Assembly (NCBI GenBank): GCA_018266355.1 | Contig: JAFEAP010000005.1 | Coordinates: 212,546-244,545, forward strand | DNA length: 32,000 nucleotides | Reading direction: 5' to 3' | Source: Bdellovibrionales bacterium | GTDB taxonomy: Bacteria; Bdellovibrionota; UBA1018 | In this document: positions 1 through 8,918 of the stretch, piece after piece | Layout: every line of letters starts with the position of its first letter | Position numbering within the stretch: the stretch's first letter is position 1 | Position numbers and translations under genes: made by a program | Notes under the pieces: model-generated | What the model was told of the DNA's origin: nothing | What the model saw: only the letters and a program-made list of their open reading frames with translations | The model's database searches: none

Positions 1-772
1 CGCCCAAGCCGCCTTTCGCGGCTTTCGCGGCCTTCCCCTCGCCCTTCACCCGCTTGAGGAAAAGCACGAAGAGACCGAACATCCCGAGGACGAAAAGCAT
101 CACCCCGATCGAGCGGAACGGGCTCGGGAGCGGCTTCCCGCCGGCGAGCGGCTCGCGCTTGCCGGACGGCGACCGGACGGCCTCCTTCGCGTCGGACTTG
201 GATTCGGATTTTTCGGCGGCCTTCGCGGCCGCCTTCTCGGCGTTCTTCTCGCGTTCGGCGGAAGCGATGCGCTCGAGGAGTTCCTTTTGCTCGGCTTCCT
301 TCGCTAGGTTCGCGCCGGTCTGCTCGACGCTCTTCTCGGGAGCGGAAACGGTACGGAGCGCGCTCGCGGTCGTCGTCGCGACCTGGTCGGTCTTCGCGCC
401 GACGAGCCGGAGGGTGATCGTCTTACCGGAGATCTTCACCTGGAGGCGGTTCGCGTAGGACTGGGCGTCGCCTTTCACCGTGAAGCGGGCCCGGACGAGG
501 GCGGGCGAGTATTGGTAGGCGAAGACTTTCGTGAGTTCCGATCCCGAGACCATCGAGACCTTCGCCGGGTAGACCGACGTGTTCGAAAGGGAGAGCTGGA
601 TGTTGTCCCGGACGAATTCGGTCTTCACCTGGGAAGGATCGATCTTCCCGTCGAAAAGCAGTTCGATCGAACCGCCTTCGGCGACGTTCACCTTCTTCAG
701 GTTCACCGCGGCTCGCGCCATCCCCGGAAGGAGGGCTAGGCCGATAGCGATAAGCGAGAGTTTCTTAAGCAT
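1..772 (-). CDS. fliO: FliO-like flagellar biosynthesis protein, partial (C-terminus beyond window edge)
   Basis: Manual reverse-strand translation from ATG at 772: MLKKLSLIAIGLALLPGMARAAVNLKKVNVAEGGSIELLFDGKIDPSQVKTEF..., i.e. signal peptide, periplasmic region, then a TM (SIGVMLFVLGMFGLFVLFLKR) followed by a basic region. It lies directly after fliN. Missing from the ORF track because it is open at the edge. Confidence 0.75.
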   Translation of the reverse strand, partial: MLKKLSLIAIGLALLPGMARAAVNLKKVNVAEGGSIELLFDGKIDPSQVKTEFVRDNIQLSLSNTSVYPAKVSMVSGSELTKVFAYQYSPALVRARFTVKGDAQSYANRLQVKISGKTITLRLVGAKTDQVATTTASALRTVSAPEKSVEQTGANLAKEAEQKELLERIASAEREKNAEKAAAKAAEKSESKSDAKEAVRSPSGKREPLAGGKPLPSPFRSIGVMLFVLGMFGLFVLFLKRVKGEGKAAKAAKGGLG

Positions 773-842
773 CCTTGCTTCCTTTGCTCCGCGTCCTTCC
801 TGGACGCGGGAGAGTCACTGCACGATAAAGTCGATTCGAGGA

Positions 843-1184
843 TTACTTCAGCTGTTCGATGCGCTCGACCGGACTGATGATGTCGGTCAGGCGGATCCCG
901 AACTTCTCGTTCACGACGACGACTTCGCCGCGGGCGATGAGCTTGTCGTTCACGAGGACTTCGAGCGGTTCGCCGGCGAACTTCGTGAGTTCGACGACGG
1001 ATCCCTGCGCGAGCTGGAGGATTTCCCGGACGGCCATCCGCGAACGACCGAGCTCGACGGTGAGCTTAAGCGGTACGTCGAGGATGAAGTCGAGCGACTG
1101 GACGGGCGGCTGCGGGCCCCGGTTCGTCTGGGTGTTCGCGGCCGGATTCACATTCTGGTTCGTGGCGGCTTCGGTCATGGTCAT
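843..1184 (-). CDS. fliN: Flagellar motor switch protein FliN
   Basis: SpoA/FliN C-terminal domain motif LDVPLKLTVELGRSRMAVREILQLAQGSVVELTKFAGEPLEVLVNDKLIARGEVVVVNEKFGIRLTDI; next to fliM. Confidence 0.97.
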   Translation of the reverse strand: MTMTEAATNQNVNPAANTQTNRGPQPPVQSLDFILDVPLKLTVELGRSRMAVREILQLAQGSVVELTKFAGEPLEVLVNDKLIARGEVVVVNEKFGIRLTDIISPVERIEQLK

Positions 1185-1190
1185 ACTCCT

Positions 1191-2222
1191 TTATTCTTCG
1201 ATTTCACGCGTGAGTTGGATGGCCCGGTTTCCGCGGGATACCCCGAAGAAACATTTGAATTTCGAAACATCCTCGATGAGCACGTCGAGTTCCCCGTCGG
1301 CATCCTGGCCGAGCGGGATGATGTCGCCGACCTGGAGGTTCACGAGGTCGCCGACCGTGATGGTCGCGGCGCCGAGGTTCACCTTCAGGTTCGCTTCGAC
1401 TTGTTTCATGTGCTCCGTCATCTTCAGGAGCCATTCCTTGTCGGACTTGTCGCCTTCCGTCTGGAAGGAGGCGTTCAGCTTCGACTTGATCGGCTCGAGC
1501 GTCGAGTACGGGACGACCAGGGCGATCGTTCCGGTCGCGTTCTCGAGCTCGACTTCGAACGTCGTGGAGATGATCACGTCGGACGGCGGGACGACCCCGA
1601 CGAACTGCGGGTTCACTTCGGTCCGGATGAAGGAGATCTTCGACTCGTGGACCGGGGCCCAAGCTTCCTCGAGATCCGAGATCGCGAGGTCCATCACCTT
1701 CTGCATGAGCGAAAGCTCGATGCGCGTGAATTCCTTCCCTTCGATCTTCGTGAACGGACGGTCGGTGCCGCCGAAGAACGAATCGATAAGGGCGTAAGCG
1801 AGCTTCGATTCGAACACGAGAAGCGCCGGTCCCTTCAGGGCCTCGAAACGCATGATGCACATGCAGCTCGGGATCGGCAGCGTGTTCACGAACTCGCCGA
1901 ATTTGAGCAGATCGGTCGAGATGATCGAGATCGAGGCGAATTTCCGGAGCGCGTTCGAGAGCGAGATCCGGTAGAGGCGGATGAAGCGCTCATAAATGAT
2001 GTCGAGCGTCGGCATCCGACCGCGGATGACGCGGTCTTGGTTCGTGAGATCGTACGGAGTGATCTCGGAGTCGGGAATCCCGCCGGCCCATCCGCCCGCG
2101 TTTACGACCGGCGTTTCGCCCGCGCCCGCGGCGGCCGGAGGCGCGGTCTCGACCTTGCCTTCGCTGACCGCGTTTAGGAGCGCGTCGACTTCGGATTGAC
2201 TGAGTACTTGTCCACCACTCAT
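1191..2222 (-). CDS. fliM: Flagellar motor switch protein FliM
   Basis: N-terminal LSQSEVDALLNAV CheY-binding motif, YDLTNQDRVIRGRMPTLDIIYERF, C-terminal SpoA-like domain. Confidence 0.98.
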   Translation of the reverse strand: MSGGQVLSQSEVDALLNAVSEGKVETAPPAAAGAGETPVVNAGGWAGGIPDSEITPYDLTNQDRVIRGRMPTLDIIYERFIRLYRISLSNALRKFASISIISTDLLKFGEFVNTLPIPSCMCIMRFEALKGPALLVFESKLAYALIDSFFGGTDRPFTKIEGKEFTRIELSLMQKVMDLAISDLEEAWAPVHESKISFIRTEVNPQFVGVVPPSDVIISTTFEVELENATGTIALVVPYSTLEPIKSKLNASFQTEGDKSDKEWLLKMTEHMKQVEANLKVNLGAATITVGDLVNLQVGDIIPLGQDADGELDVLIEDVSKFKCFFGVSRGNRAIQLTREIEE

Positions 2223-2248
2223 GGGTGCCTTCCTTGGCTGGCTCGGTT

Positions 2249-2869
2249 TTACCCGGTTACTGCGAAATTGGTGAAATACACGCCTTTCACCTTCCCGTTC
2301 GTCATGAACGAGTTGAGCGCGTTACGGATCTCTTCCTTGAGATACTCCCGCTGCTCGGCGCTGACTAAATCGTTCGGCCGTTTCGAATTGAACAAATCGA
2401 TGATCGCGTTCCGGACCTGCGGCATCTTCGCCTGGACTTCTTTTTCCACCTCGTCCGTGCCGAGCTCGAGCGCGATATTCACGCGGACGAATTTCTGCGC
2501 GGTGCCGCCCGGGGTCGCGAGATTGACCGTGAACTGCTCGAGCGGGATCGTGCGCGCGTCGTTCGACGCTTTCTTCGATTCGCCGCCGTGTCCGCCGCCG
2601 TGCTCGCCGCCGCCGTGCTCTTCGCTCTTGGCTTCGCCGTGTCCGCCGCCGTGCTCTTCTTTTTTCTCTTCACCGTGCGCGTTTTCCGCGCTCGGTTGGA
2701 TATCGCCGAGCTGGGGCGCGGCGTTCTGTTTCTTGTGCGCGACGAGTAGCGCGCCGATCGTCCCGAGACAAATCAGGAGATTCACGATCGTGATGATCGT
2801 CACGATTTTCGATCCGCCTCCTCCGGAAGCGGGTGCCGCGGGCGCGGCCGCTTTTGCGTCTTCAGCCAT
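2249..2869 (-). CDS. fliL: Flagellar basal body-associated protein FliL
   Basis: Single N-terminal TM (IVTIITIVNLLICLGTIGALL), FliL-like PLEQFTVNLATPGGTAQKFVRVNIALEL domain, adjacent to fliM. Confidence 0.92.
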   Translation of the reverse strand: MAEDAKAAAPAAPASGGGGSKIVTIITIVNLLICLGTIGALLVAHKKQNAAPQLGDIQPSAENAHGEEKKEEHGGGHGEAKSEEHGGGEHGGGHGGESKKASNDARTIPLEQFTVNLATPGGTAQKFVRVNIALELGTDEVEKEVQAKMPQVRNAIIDLFNSKRPNDLVSAEQREYLKEEIRNALNSFMTNGKVKGVYFTNFAVTG

Positions 2870-2899
2870 CGACGGGAAACCCTCCTGGTCCTATCCCCT

Positions 2900-2929
2900 A
2901 TTGTGCATGGCGGACCGCGGAGTGAGCAA
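2900..2929 (-). promoter_or_regulatory. Candidate housekeeping-type promoter upstream of fliL
   Basis: Minus strand TTGCTC - 18 nt - CACAAT, about 30 nt upstream of the fliL start and downstream of the flgE terminator. Confidence 0.35.
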
Positions 2930-3024
2930 GTCCGAAGCGAGGATGGATGGAGAGGTCGCGGAGACGCGAAAAAATTCTGACGGACGTCCGGCCGAGCTTC
3001 GTCAGGAAACCGACGAAAACCGGT

Positions 3025-3066
3025 AAAAAATCGGCTCGGCGACGGCCGGCGAAGTTCGCCGAGCCG
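3025..3066 (-). terminator. Rho-independent terminator after flgE
   Basis: Perfect 11-bp stem CGGCTCGGCGA/TCGCCGAGCCG (3032-3042/3056-3066) followed in minus direction by ATTTTTT; 20 nt past the flgE stop at 3086. Confidence 0.85.
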
Positions 3067-3085
3067 TCACCGAGCCCGATTAAGA

Positions 3086-4369
3086 TTAAGACCGGCGGAG
3101 GTTCAGGATCTCGTTCATCATCTCGTCCGAGGTCGAGATGACTTTCGAGTTCGCCTGGAAGTTCCGCTGGGCGGTCATCAGGTTGATGAACTCGTTCGCG
3201 ATGTCGGTCGTCGAAGACTCGAGGGTCTTTGCGAGGATCTGACCGCGGCCGCCGGTTTGCGGGGCGCCGACCGTCGGCTGACCCGAGTTCCGGGATTCGC
3301 GGAAGATGTTCTTACCCATCTTGAACAGGCCTTCCGGGTTCTCGAACTTCGCCAGCGCGACTTGCGCGACGTTGACCGATTCTCCGTTGGTGTAGACCGC
3401 GGAGAGAACGCCGTCGTCGTTGAACGAGAGACCGGCGATCGTTCCGGCGGTGTAGCCGTCCTGGAGCGTCTTGTAGGCTTCGGAAGCGGTACCGAACTGC
3501 GTGACGGAAAGACCGTCGCCGCCGTTCTTCTTGTCCTTGCCGAAGTTGAACTTGATCTCCTGGTCCTTCTTCGTCGAACCGATGAAGTTGAACGCGTTCT
3601 TGTCCATCTTCTGCTCGAGGAGCTTGCCGTCTTCGTCGAAGGTCAGCGTGCCCTTCGCTTGCTCGACCATTTCGCCGGCCTTGCCGCCCGGGACTTCTTC
3701 GCCCTTGGACATCGCGCGCCACTCCCACTTGCCGTCGTCCGTTTTGTTGAAGTAACAAGTCACGGTCCGCGGCGTACCGGCGCCGTCGTACACGGTCACG
3801 CCGGTGGCGAAGTGCGAGGTTTTCTCCGGGTTCTTCGGATCGAACTGGAGTTCCTTCTTCGCGCGAAGGTCGAGGTTCATGAACAGCTGCACTTCCTTCG
3901 ACGGTTTCGCGTCGATGACGGTGCGGCTGACGGCGATCGAGCCCATTTTCGAGGTGATCTTCCCGGCTTCGTCGGCCTGGAAGCCCTGGACCTTGTAACC
4001 GTCGGCGTTGATGAGGTTACCGTCCTTGTCGAAGTGGAACGCGCCCGCGCGAGAGTAACCGCGGCCTTCCGGTCCTTCGACGGTGAAGAAGCCGTCGCCT
4101 TGGATCGCGAGGTCGGTGACGGATTCCGTTTGGAGGAGCGAACCCTGGGAGAACACCGGGTTCACGGCCGAGAGCTTCGTTCCGCGGCCGATCTGGTTAC
4201 CGCCCATGATCCCTTTGAGCGATTTCGCCACGACGTCGCTGAACTCCGGACGGGAAACCTTGTAGCCCGTGGTGTTCGCGTTCGCGATGTTGTCGCCGTA
4301 GATCGAGAGCGCCTCGCCTTGACCAGTCAGACCGGTAACGCCCGTGTACATAGACGAAAGAATACCCAT
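3086..4369 (-). CDS. flgE: Flagellar hook protein FlgE
   Basis: MGILSSMYTGVTGLTGQGEALSIYGDNIANANTTGYKVSR N-terminal rod/hook motif and C-terminal ANEFINLMTAQRNFQANSKVISTSDEMMNEILNL; SD GGAGG upstream of ATG. Confidence 0.95.
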   Translation of the reverse strand: MGILSSMYTGVTGLTGQGEALSIYGDNIANANTTGYKVSRPEFSDVVAKSLKGIMGGNQIGRGTKLSAVNPVFSQGSLLQTESVTDLAIQGDGFFTVEGPEGRGYSRAGAFHFDKDGNLINADGYKVQGFQADEAGKITSKMGSIAVSRTVIDAKPSKEVQLFMNLDLRAKKELQFDPKNPEKTSHFATGVTVYDGAGTPRTVTCYFNKTDDGKWEWRAMSKGEEVPGGKAGEMVEQAKGTLTFDEDGKLLEQKMDKNAFNFIGSTKKDQEIKFNFGKDKKNGGDGLSVTQFGTASEAYKTLQDGYTAGTIAGLSFNDDGVLSAVYTNGESVNVAQVALAKFENPEGLFKMGKNIFRESRNSGQPTVGAPQTGGRGQILAKTLESSTTDIANEFINLMTAQRNFQANSKVISTSDEMMNEILNLRRS

Positions 4370-4430
4370 GATACGCCTCCTTGCGTGTGATTGGGTACGG
4401 CAGGAGGTACGCTTGCGTCATGCGAGCGTT

Positions 4431-4452
4431 AAGATCTTCTCGCGAAGGTCTT
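4431..4452 (-). other. Hairpin in flgE leader
   Basis: AAGATCTTC-TCGC-GAAGGTCTT, 9-bp stem with one G-T wobble. Confidence 0.5.
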
Positions 4453-4476
4453 TTCTTTCGTGGGATTTTTAGGAGG

Positions 4477-4497
4477 CGAAGTTCAATCGGAACTTCG
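4477..4497 (-). other. Second hairpin in flgE leader
   Basis: Perfect 8-bp inverted repeat CGAAGTTC-AATCG-GAACTTCG. Confidence 0.55.
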
Positions 4498-4531
4498 TGA
4501 GACTTCCCGCAATGGGTCCAGTCGGTTTTCC

Positions 4532-4559
4532 TAATCGGCCCGCGAATCCTGCCGTTTTA
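4532..4559 (-). promoter_or_regulatory. Candidate sigma-28 (FliA)-type promoter for flgE
   Basis: Minus strand TAAA-N16-GCCGATTA (TAAAACGGCAGGATTCGCGGGCCGATTA), close to the enterobacterial TAAA-N15-GCCGATAA consensus. Confidence 0.3.
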
Positions 4560-4637
4560 CTTCAAACTACAATCTGCTTTTTTATCGTTCCCCCGGAATC
4601 CCCGAGCATCGCTCGACAACTCCGGACTTCCACTCTC

Positions 4638-5135
4638 TTAGACGATGACCGCACCGTCGATATTCGTAAACACGTTGCCGTTCAGGCTCTGTTTATCCAT
4701 CGCGGTGATCACCGTGCGATTCTTCACGTTCACGATCAGGGCGGCGTCTCCCGTCAGAACCAAGGTGTCCTCGATTCCTTTGGCTTCCGCCTTGTCGACC
4801 GCATCCGTGACCTTCGCCATCGTCGAGGGATCCAGCTGGATCTTCCGCTCCGACAACCGTTGCGACGCGTGCGCCGAGAATTTCAACGGTTGCTTGATCG
4901 CGCCGAGGTCCTTCTTCAGACCGCCGGTGTGATCGAGAGCTTCGATCCCCCCTTTTCCATCCGCTTTACCGACGCTCGGATTTCGCGTCTGGTCCCGGAC
5001 TTCGAGGGTGGAGTCCATGACGTGATCGAAGTCGCTCTTTACGCCTTCCGGTTTCTTCTTTTCCAGCTTCTCGCCTTCGATGCGAGAACCCGGAACGGAA
5101 GTCACGTTCGGGTAAAGGAACGGACGATCTGCCAT
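4638..5135 (-). CDS. Flagellar operon protein, TIGR02530-like
   Basis: C-terminal motif FSAHASQRLSERKIQLD...ALIVNVKNRTVITAMDKQSLNGNVFTNIDGAVIV; position between flgD and flgE. Confidence 0.85.
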   Translation of the reverse strand: MADRPFLYPNVTSVPGSRIEGEKLEKKKPEGVKSDFDHVMDSTLEVRDQTRNPSVGKADGKGGIEALDHTGGLKKDLGAIKQPLKFSAHASQRLSERKIQLDPSTMAKVTDAVDKAEAKGIEDTLVLTGDAALIVNVKNRTVITAMDKQSLNGNVFTNIDGAVIV

Positions 5136-5251
5136 TTGGCACTCTTCCTTTCTTGATTTTCAAGAACCCATCGAGGTTTCGCTACTTCCCGCCGCCTCGA
5201 CGCCGAATCGGAGATTCGACTTTTACGAACTGCTTTTACTCGCTGCGAACA

Positions 5252-6421
5252 CTAACCTCTTTGATTATCGCCGGACGAAAAACCGTTTGGGAAGCCTTTT
5301 TCGGCTTCATTTTCACTTTTTTCGGCGGACGGATTTTTCCCCGCGGCAGACTTTGCCGATTCGTATGCTTCGAGCGCCTTGCGCGCTTCCGCGCTCGTGT
5401 TCGCCGGATCGAGGTTCTTCGAGCCGACGCCTTTCTCGAACGAGATCCAATTCCCGTTGAGAGCGCCCTTCGCCGGAGCCGGAGCTTCTCCCTCCGCCGG
5501 CGCAGGAGCCGAACCCGCGAGACCTTGGGATTGGAGCGCGGACGCCATCGAACGCGCGCCCGGAATCGCGCCCGGCGCTTCGCCGCCCGCGGTATCGATG
5601 CGGATCACGTTCCGCATGGTGATCTTCTGCGGGGAATTCGGATTGCCGACGAGGAGCGTGCCTTCCGGCCCTTCGAACGAAACGCCGACGACTTTCGCTT
5701 GGCCCTTCGTCTCCATCGCGATCGGCCGCGAACCTTCGTCGAGGGCCTCGACCTTGAAGATGTAGTTCCCGCCCTTGGTCGACATGCCGTTCGTCTTCGC
5801 TCCGTCCCACACGAACGTCTGTTCGCCGGCCTTCTGCGGGCCGAGGTCCTTTTCGAGGATCGTTTCGCCCTGCTCGCTGATGATCTTGAGTTTCGTCTCC
5901 TTCGACGGACGGGAGAGCGAGTAACCGAGCGAGCTCGTCTCGTTGTCGTTATGGACGAAGCGTTCGCGATCGATGGTGATCGTCTTCCCGATGAGACCGG
6001 TCATCGCGAGGCGCTCGAGCGGCTGGTTCGCGTTCGCCATCTTCGACATGGATTGGTTCATGTTCTGGAGCTGTTCGACGCTCGCGAACTGGGCCATCTG
6101 GGTGGCCATCTCCTCGGCCTTGAACGGGCTCGTCGGATCCTGGTTCTTCATCTGGGTGATCATGATCCGCAGGAAGTCGTCCTTCCCGAGGGTTTTTTTG
6201 ATCTCGCGCGGCTTCTCCGCTTTCGCGCCGTACTGGGTCTGGATCTGTTTCCAGAGGTCGCCGAATTTCTCGGTCGCGGCCGATTCCTTCGAGTCCTTCT
6301 GGTTGTTCAGCAGACCGCCTTCGCCGCCCGACGTCTCGAGCGGATGGTCGTTATGCACGGAAGCGTCGACTCCGCGAAGAGCCGCCGCGCCTTTCATGTT
6401 CGTGCCGCTGATACCTTGCAT
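5252..6421 (-). CDS. flgD: Flagellar hook assembly protein FlgD
   Basis: LGKDDFLRIMITQMKNQDPTSPFKAEEMATQMAQFASVEQLQNMNQSM FlgD N-terminal signature; SD CAGGAG upstream of ATG. Confidence 0.95.
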   Translation of the reverse strand: MQGISGTNMKGAAALRGVDASVHNDHPLETSGGEGGLLNNQKDSKESAATEKFGDLWKQIQTQYGAKAEKPREIKKTLGKDDFLRIMITQMKNQDPTSPFKAEEMATQMAQFASVEQLQNMNQSMSKMANANQPLERLAMTGLIGKTITIDRERFVHNDNETSSLGYSLSRPSKETKLKIISEQGETILEKDLGPQKAGEQTFVWDGAKTNGMSTKGGNYIFKVEALDEGSRPIAMETKGQAKVVGVSFEGPEGTLLVGNPNSPQKITMRNVIRIDTAGGEAPGAIPGARSMASALQSQGLAGSAPAPAEGEAPAPAKGALNGNWISFEKGVGSKNLDPANTSAEARKALEAYESAKSAAGKNPSAEKSENEAEKGFPNGFSSGDNQRG

Positions 6422-6483
6422 CGAAAAACTCCTGTGAAACTTCGAAGGGACCGACCGAAGTCGTGAACTTTCCGGTACTGCGA

Positions 6484-6512
6484 ACCGCGGGAGAGCATCG
6501 CTCCCCCGCGGT
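6484..6512 (-). other. Strong hairpin between fliK and flgD
   Basis: ACCGCGGGAGAGC-ATC-GCTCCCCCGCGGT, 13-bp stem with a single mismatch/wobble and 3-nt loop; no T-tract. Confidence 0.6.
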
Positions 6513-6520
6513 CCCTAAAA

Positions 6521-8200
6521 TCAGGCCATCACGTCGAGTCGGGACGAGGATGCCGCGCGAGCGGAACCCCCGGCCGAGCCCATCGCGGCGATCCGCGCGG
6601 AAGCTCCGCGCGAGACGGAGCGGTCGTCGCCGGAATCCGCGGAACGCGAGGAGCGACCCTCGTTTCCGGAATAGCCGTCGAACGCCGCGCGCTGCTGGTT
6701 CGCCGATTGGTCGAAGCCCGAGAACGCGTGCTGCCCGTGCGAGTGCTGCGAGCCCTGACCGAGGTCAGAGGCGTTCGCCGCCGCCGGAGCGAGCGTCACG
6801 TCCACGCGTCCGAGCGAGAGACTCTGGCTCGCGAGCGAATCCCGAAGGGAGCTTAAGCTCTCCTCGATGATCTTCTTCGCGGCCGGGTCGTTCGCCTGGA
6901 CTTTCAGGCCGACGTCCTTCCCGTCGGTGGAGACGCGGATCATGAGCTCGCCGAGATTACCCGGATTGAGCTTGATCCGCATTTCGCCGCCTCCGGCGCC
7001 GGACATGTTCGCGATGCCGTTCGAGACGTTGCGAAGCGATTCCGAAGTGAGGCGATCCCGCATCATCGAACCCGGGACGACGTGTCCCGTGATCGTTTGC
7101 GGCATCATCGCTCCGTTCGACTCGCCCGGACGGACGGCCGCGGTGAGCGGCATCCCGTTCGGATAGAACGTGTCGGTTTGGAGCTTCGGCTCGTCCTTCG
7201 CGAGGCGCAAGCCTCCCTCGAGACGACCCCCCTCCGACTTCCCGCCCGCGGCCAAGCCGCCCGGCAGGACTTCGAGGTTCGGTTTCGCACCCAGCGCGGA
7301 GCGATCGGCCGGCGCGGACGGAACGGCGAGCGTCTCCATCGCGGAGACGTTCGGCACGCCCGCGAGGGCCTGCGGATTCCGGCCGTTCGACCGTCCTCCG
7401 AGACCGCCGTTCAGCGACTTGCCCGTCGCCTCCGGCCGAGACGCGCCTTGGAGAGCGGAGAGATACTCCGCGCCCCCGAACACGTTCGCCTTCGCCTGCA
7501 CCGGATTTCCGTTCGCATCGACCGGGGTTTCCCCCGGGCGATCCGCGCGGACGCCTTCGAGCTCCCCGCCTAACGCCGCGATCGCGGAATCGATGTCGTG
7601 CAACGTCGATTCGGCCGCTTGTTTCAGCTGTGATTCGTCCCCTCCCTTGGCCTTCGTCGCCTCGACGAGCTTCTTCAGCTGATCGAGCGAGATCTCCCCT
7701 TTCGTCAGGGGAGTCGGCTTTCCTCCGGAGGCTCGACTCGCGGCGATTTCCTCGGGCGACGGCATGTCAGCCGCGCCGAAGACCCATCGAGAGCCCCACG
7801 GTTGATCGGGTCCAGCGACGAACGCACTGGCCATCGGGCCATTCGCGCTCTTTTCGTTCTGAGCCTGAAACAGCGACGCCACCGTCGGGGCCGGAGCCCC
7901 GCCGGACGCATTCGCGGCGGCGGCCGCGGTAGCTTTTCCTTTCGTCGAGAGCGCCACTTGGTCGGCGAGTTTTTCGGCGTGAGCCTTCAACTCGTCGATC
8001 CCCTTCCCGGCCACCTTCGGATCGGTTTTCGCCGCGGCGACTTGGGCGCCCAAAGTCGTGGCGAGGGCGCCGTCGAACGACGACTCCTCCCCGGGGACTT
8101 TCTTCTTAGCGCTTTTCGTTACCTGCGGGTTCCCGTCCGAGAGCTGGCTCGGGCTGTCGGCGTTCGACAGCGTCGGTACTAGATTGTTTGAGATTTCCAT
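6521..8200 (-). CDS. fliK: Flagellar hook-length control protein FliK
   Basis: C-terminal GGGEMRIKLNPGNLGELMIRVSTDGKDVGLKVQANDPAAKKIIEESLSSLRDSLASQSLSLGRVDVTL domain. ORF track starts at a GTG at 8209, but the ATG at 8200 has the better spaced SD (GGGAGGTGAAGAAAATG). Confidence 0.93.
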   Translation of the reverse strand: MEISNNLVPTLSNADSPSQLSDGNPQVTKSAKKKVPGEESSFDGALATTLGAQVAAAKTDPKVAGKGIDELKAHAEKLADQVALSTKGKATAAAAANASGGAPAPTVASLFQAQNEKSANGPMASAFVAGPDQPWGSRWVFGAADMPSPEEIAASRASGGKPTPLTKGEISLDQLKKLVEATKAKGGDESQLKQAAESTLHDIDSAIAALGGELEGVRADRPGETPVDANGNPVQAKANVFGGAEYLSALQGASRPEATGKSLNGGLGGRSNGRNPQALAGVPNVSAMETLAVPSAPADRSALGAKPNLEVLPGGLAAGGKSEGGRLEGGLRLAKDEPKLQTDTFYPNGMPLTAAVRPGESNGAMMPQTITGHVVPGSMMRDRLTSESLRNVSNGIANMSGAGGGEMRIKLNPGNLGELMIRVSTDGKDVGLKVQANDPAAKKIIEESLSSLRDSLASQSLSLGRVDVTLAPAAANASDLGQGSQHSHGQHAFSGFDQSANQQRAAFDGYSGNEGRSSRSADSGDDRSVSRGASARIAAMGSAGGSARAASSSRLDVMA

Positions 8201-8918
8201 TTTCTTCACCTCCCTTCACTCGATTCGTGGTCTCAGCCGCGCCTACCGACGCGGTCGATCTCGATTTCGCCCGGACCACTCCGGCGAGTTTTTCCGCGAG
8301 CGGAGCCGACTTTGCGGGCTCCATCGCGGCGAGAATTTTTCCGAGTTTGGCCGAGGACAGGCGGGCCATCGCTTCGACGGCGAGGCGCTCGTCCACGGAG
8401 GCGACGATCGCGGCCGCCGCCTTCGGGCTCATGCTCTCGAAGGTTTCGACGAGCTTGCCGACCTTCTCTTCGTTCTTTTGGTCGCCGATCGACTGGGCGG
8501 TCTTGATCTCGTCCCGGACGGCGTCGAGTTTCTTCAATTCGTCGTTCAGCGCGGCCTCTTTCGCCGCGATCTCGTCTTCGCGCTTCTTCAGCTCGGCGTC
8601 CCGCTTCGCGAGGTCCTTCTTGAGTTCCTGGACGTCCGCGATCGACGCCTCGTCGGTCAGGCATCCGCCCTTCTTCACTCGCGCGGAGGCGGCGAAGCCG
8701 CTGGTCGGAGCCGCGCCGGCCGCCGTTTCGGGGGCCTCGGCCGGAGCCTCGGCTTTCGCGGTTTCGGCGGCCTTGCCCTCGGATATCTCGGCGGGAGCGT
8801 CCTCGGCGAAGGTCTCCGGAGCTTCGCTCGTCAGCGTCGTCACGAAGAGACTCCCGGCGCCCGTAAGGGCGACGAGGACGAAGATCGTGCGGGCATCGAG
8901 CTTGATACGGTTCTTCAC
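8106..8918 (-). CDS. MotE/MgtE_N-like flagellar coiled-coil chaperone homologue
   Basis: Signal/TM, coiled coil (ELKKDLAKRDAELKKREDEIAAKEAAL), then VETFESMSPKAAAAIVASVDERLAVEAMARLSSAKLGKILAAMEPAKSAPLAEKL; between fliJ and fliK. GTG start. Confidence 0.8.
   Translation of the reverse strand: MKNRIKLDARTIFVLVALTGAGSLFVTTLTSEAPETFAEDAPAEISEGKAAETAKAEAPAEAPETAAGAAPTSGFAASARVKKGGCLTDEASIADVQELKKDLAKRDAELKKREDEIAAKEAALNDELKKLDAVRDEIKTAQSIGDQKNEEKVGKLVETFESMSPKAAAAIVASVDERLAVEAMARLSSAKLGKILAAMEPAKSAPLAEKLAGVVRAKSRSTASVGAAETTNRVKGGEENGNLKQSSTDAVERRQPEPALGREPAGNEKR

Noticed and set aside
579-2177. 532-aa plus-strand ORF opposite fliN/fliM
   Set aside because: Antisense shadow of real genes in high-GC DNA; composition rich in R/D/E/H/V and no domain-like sequence, while the minus strand encodes unmistakable FliM/FliN.
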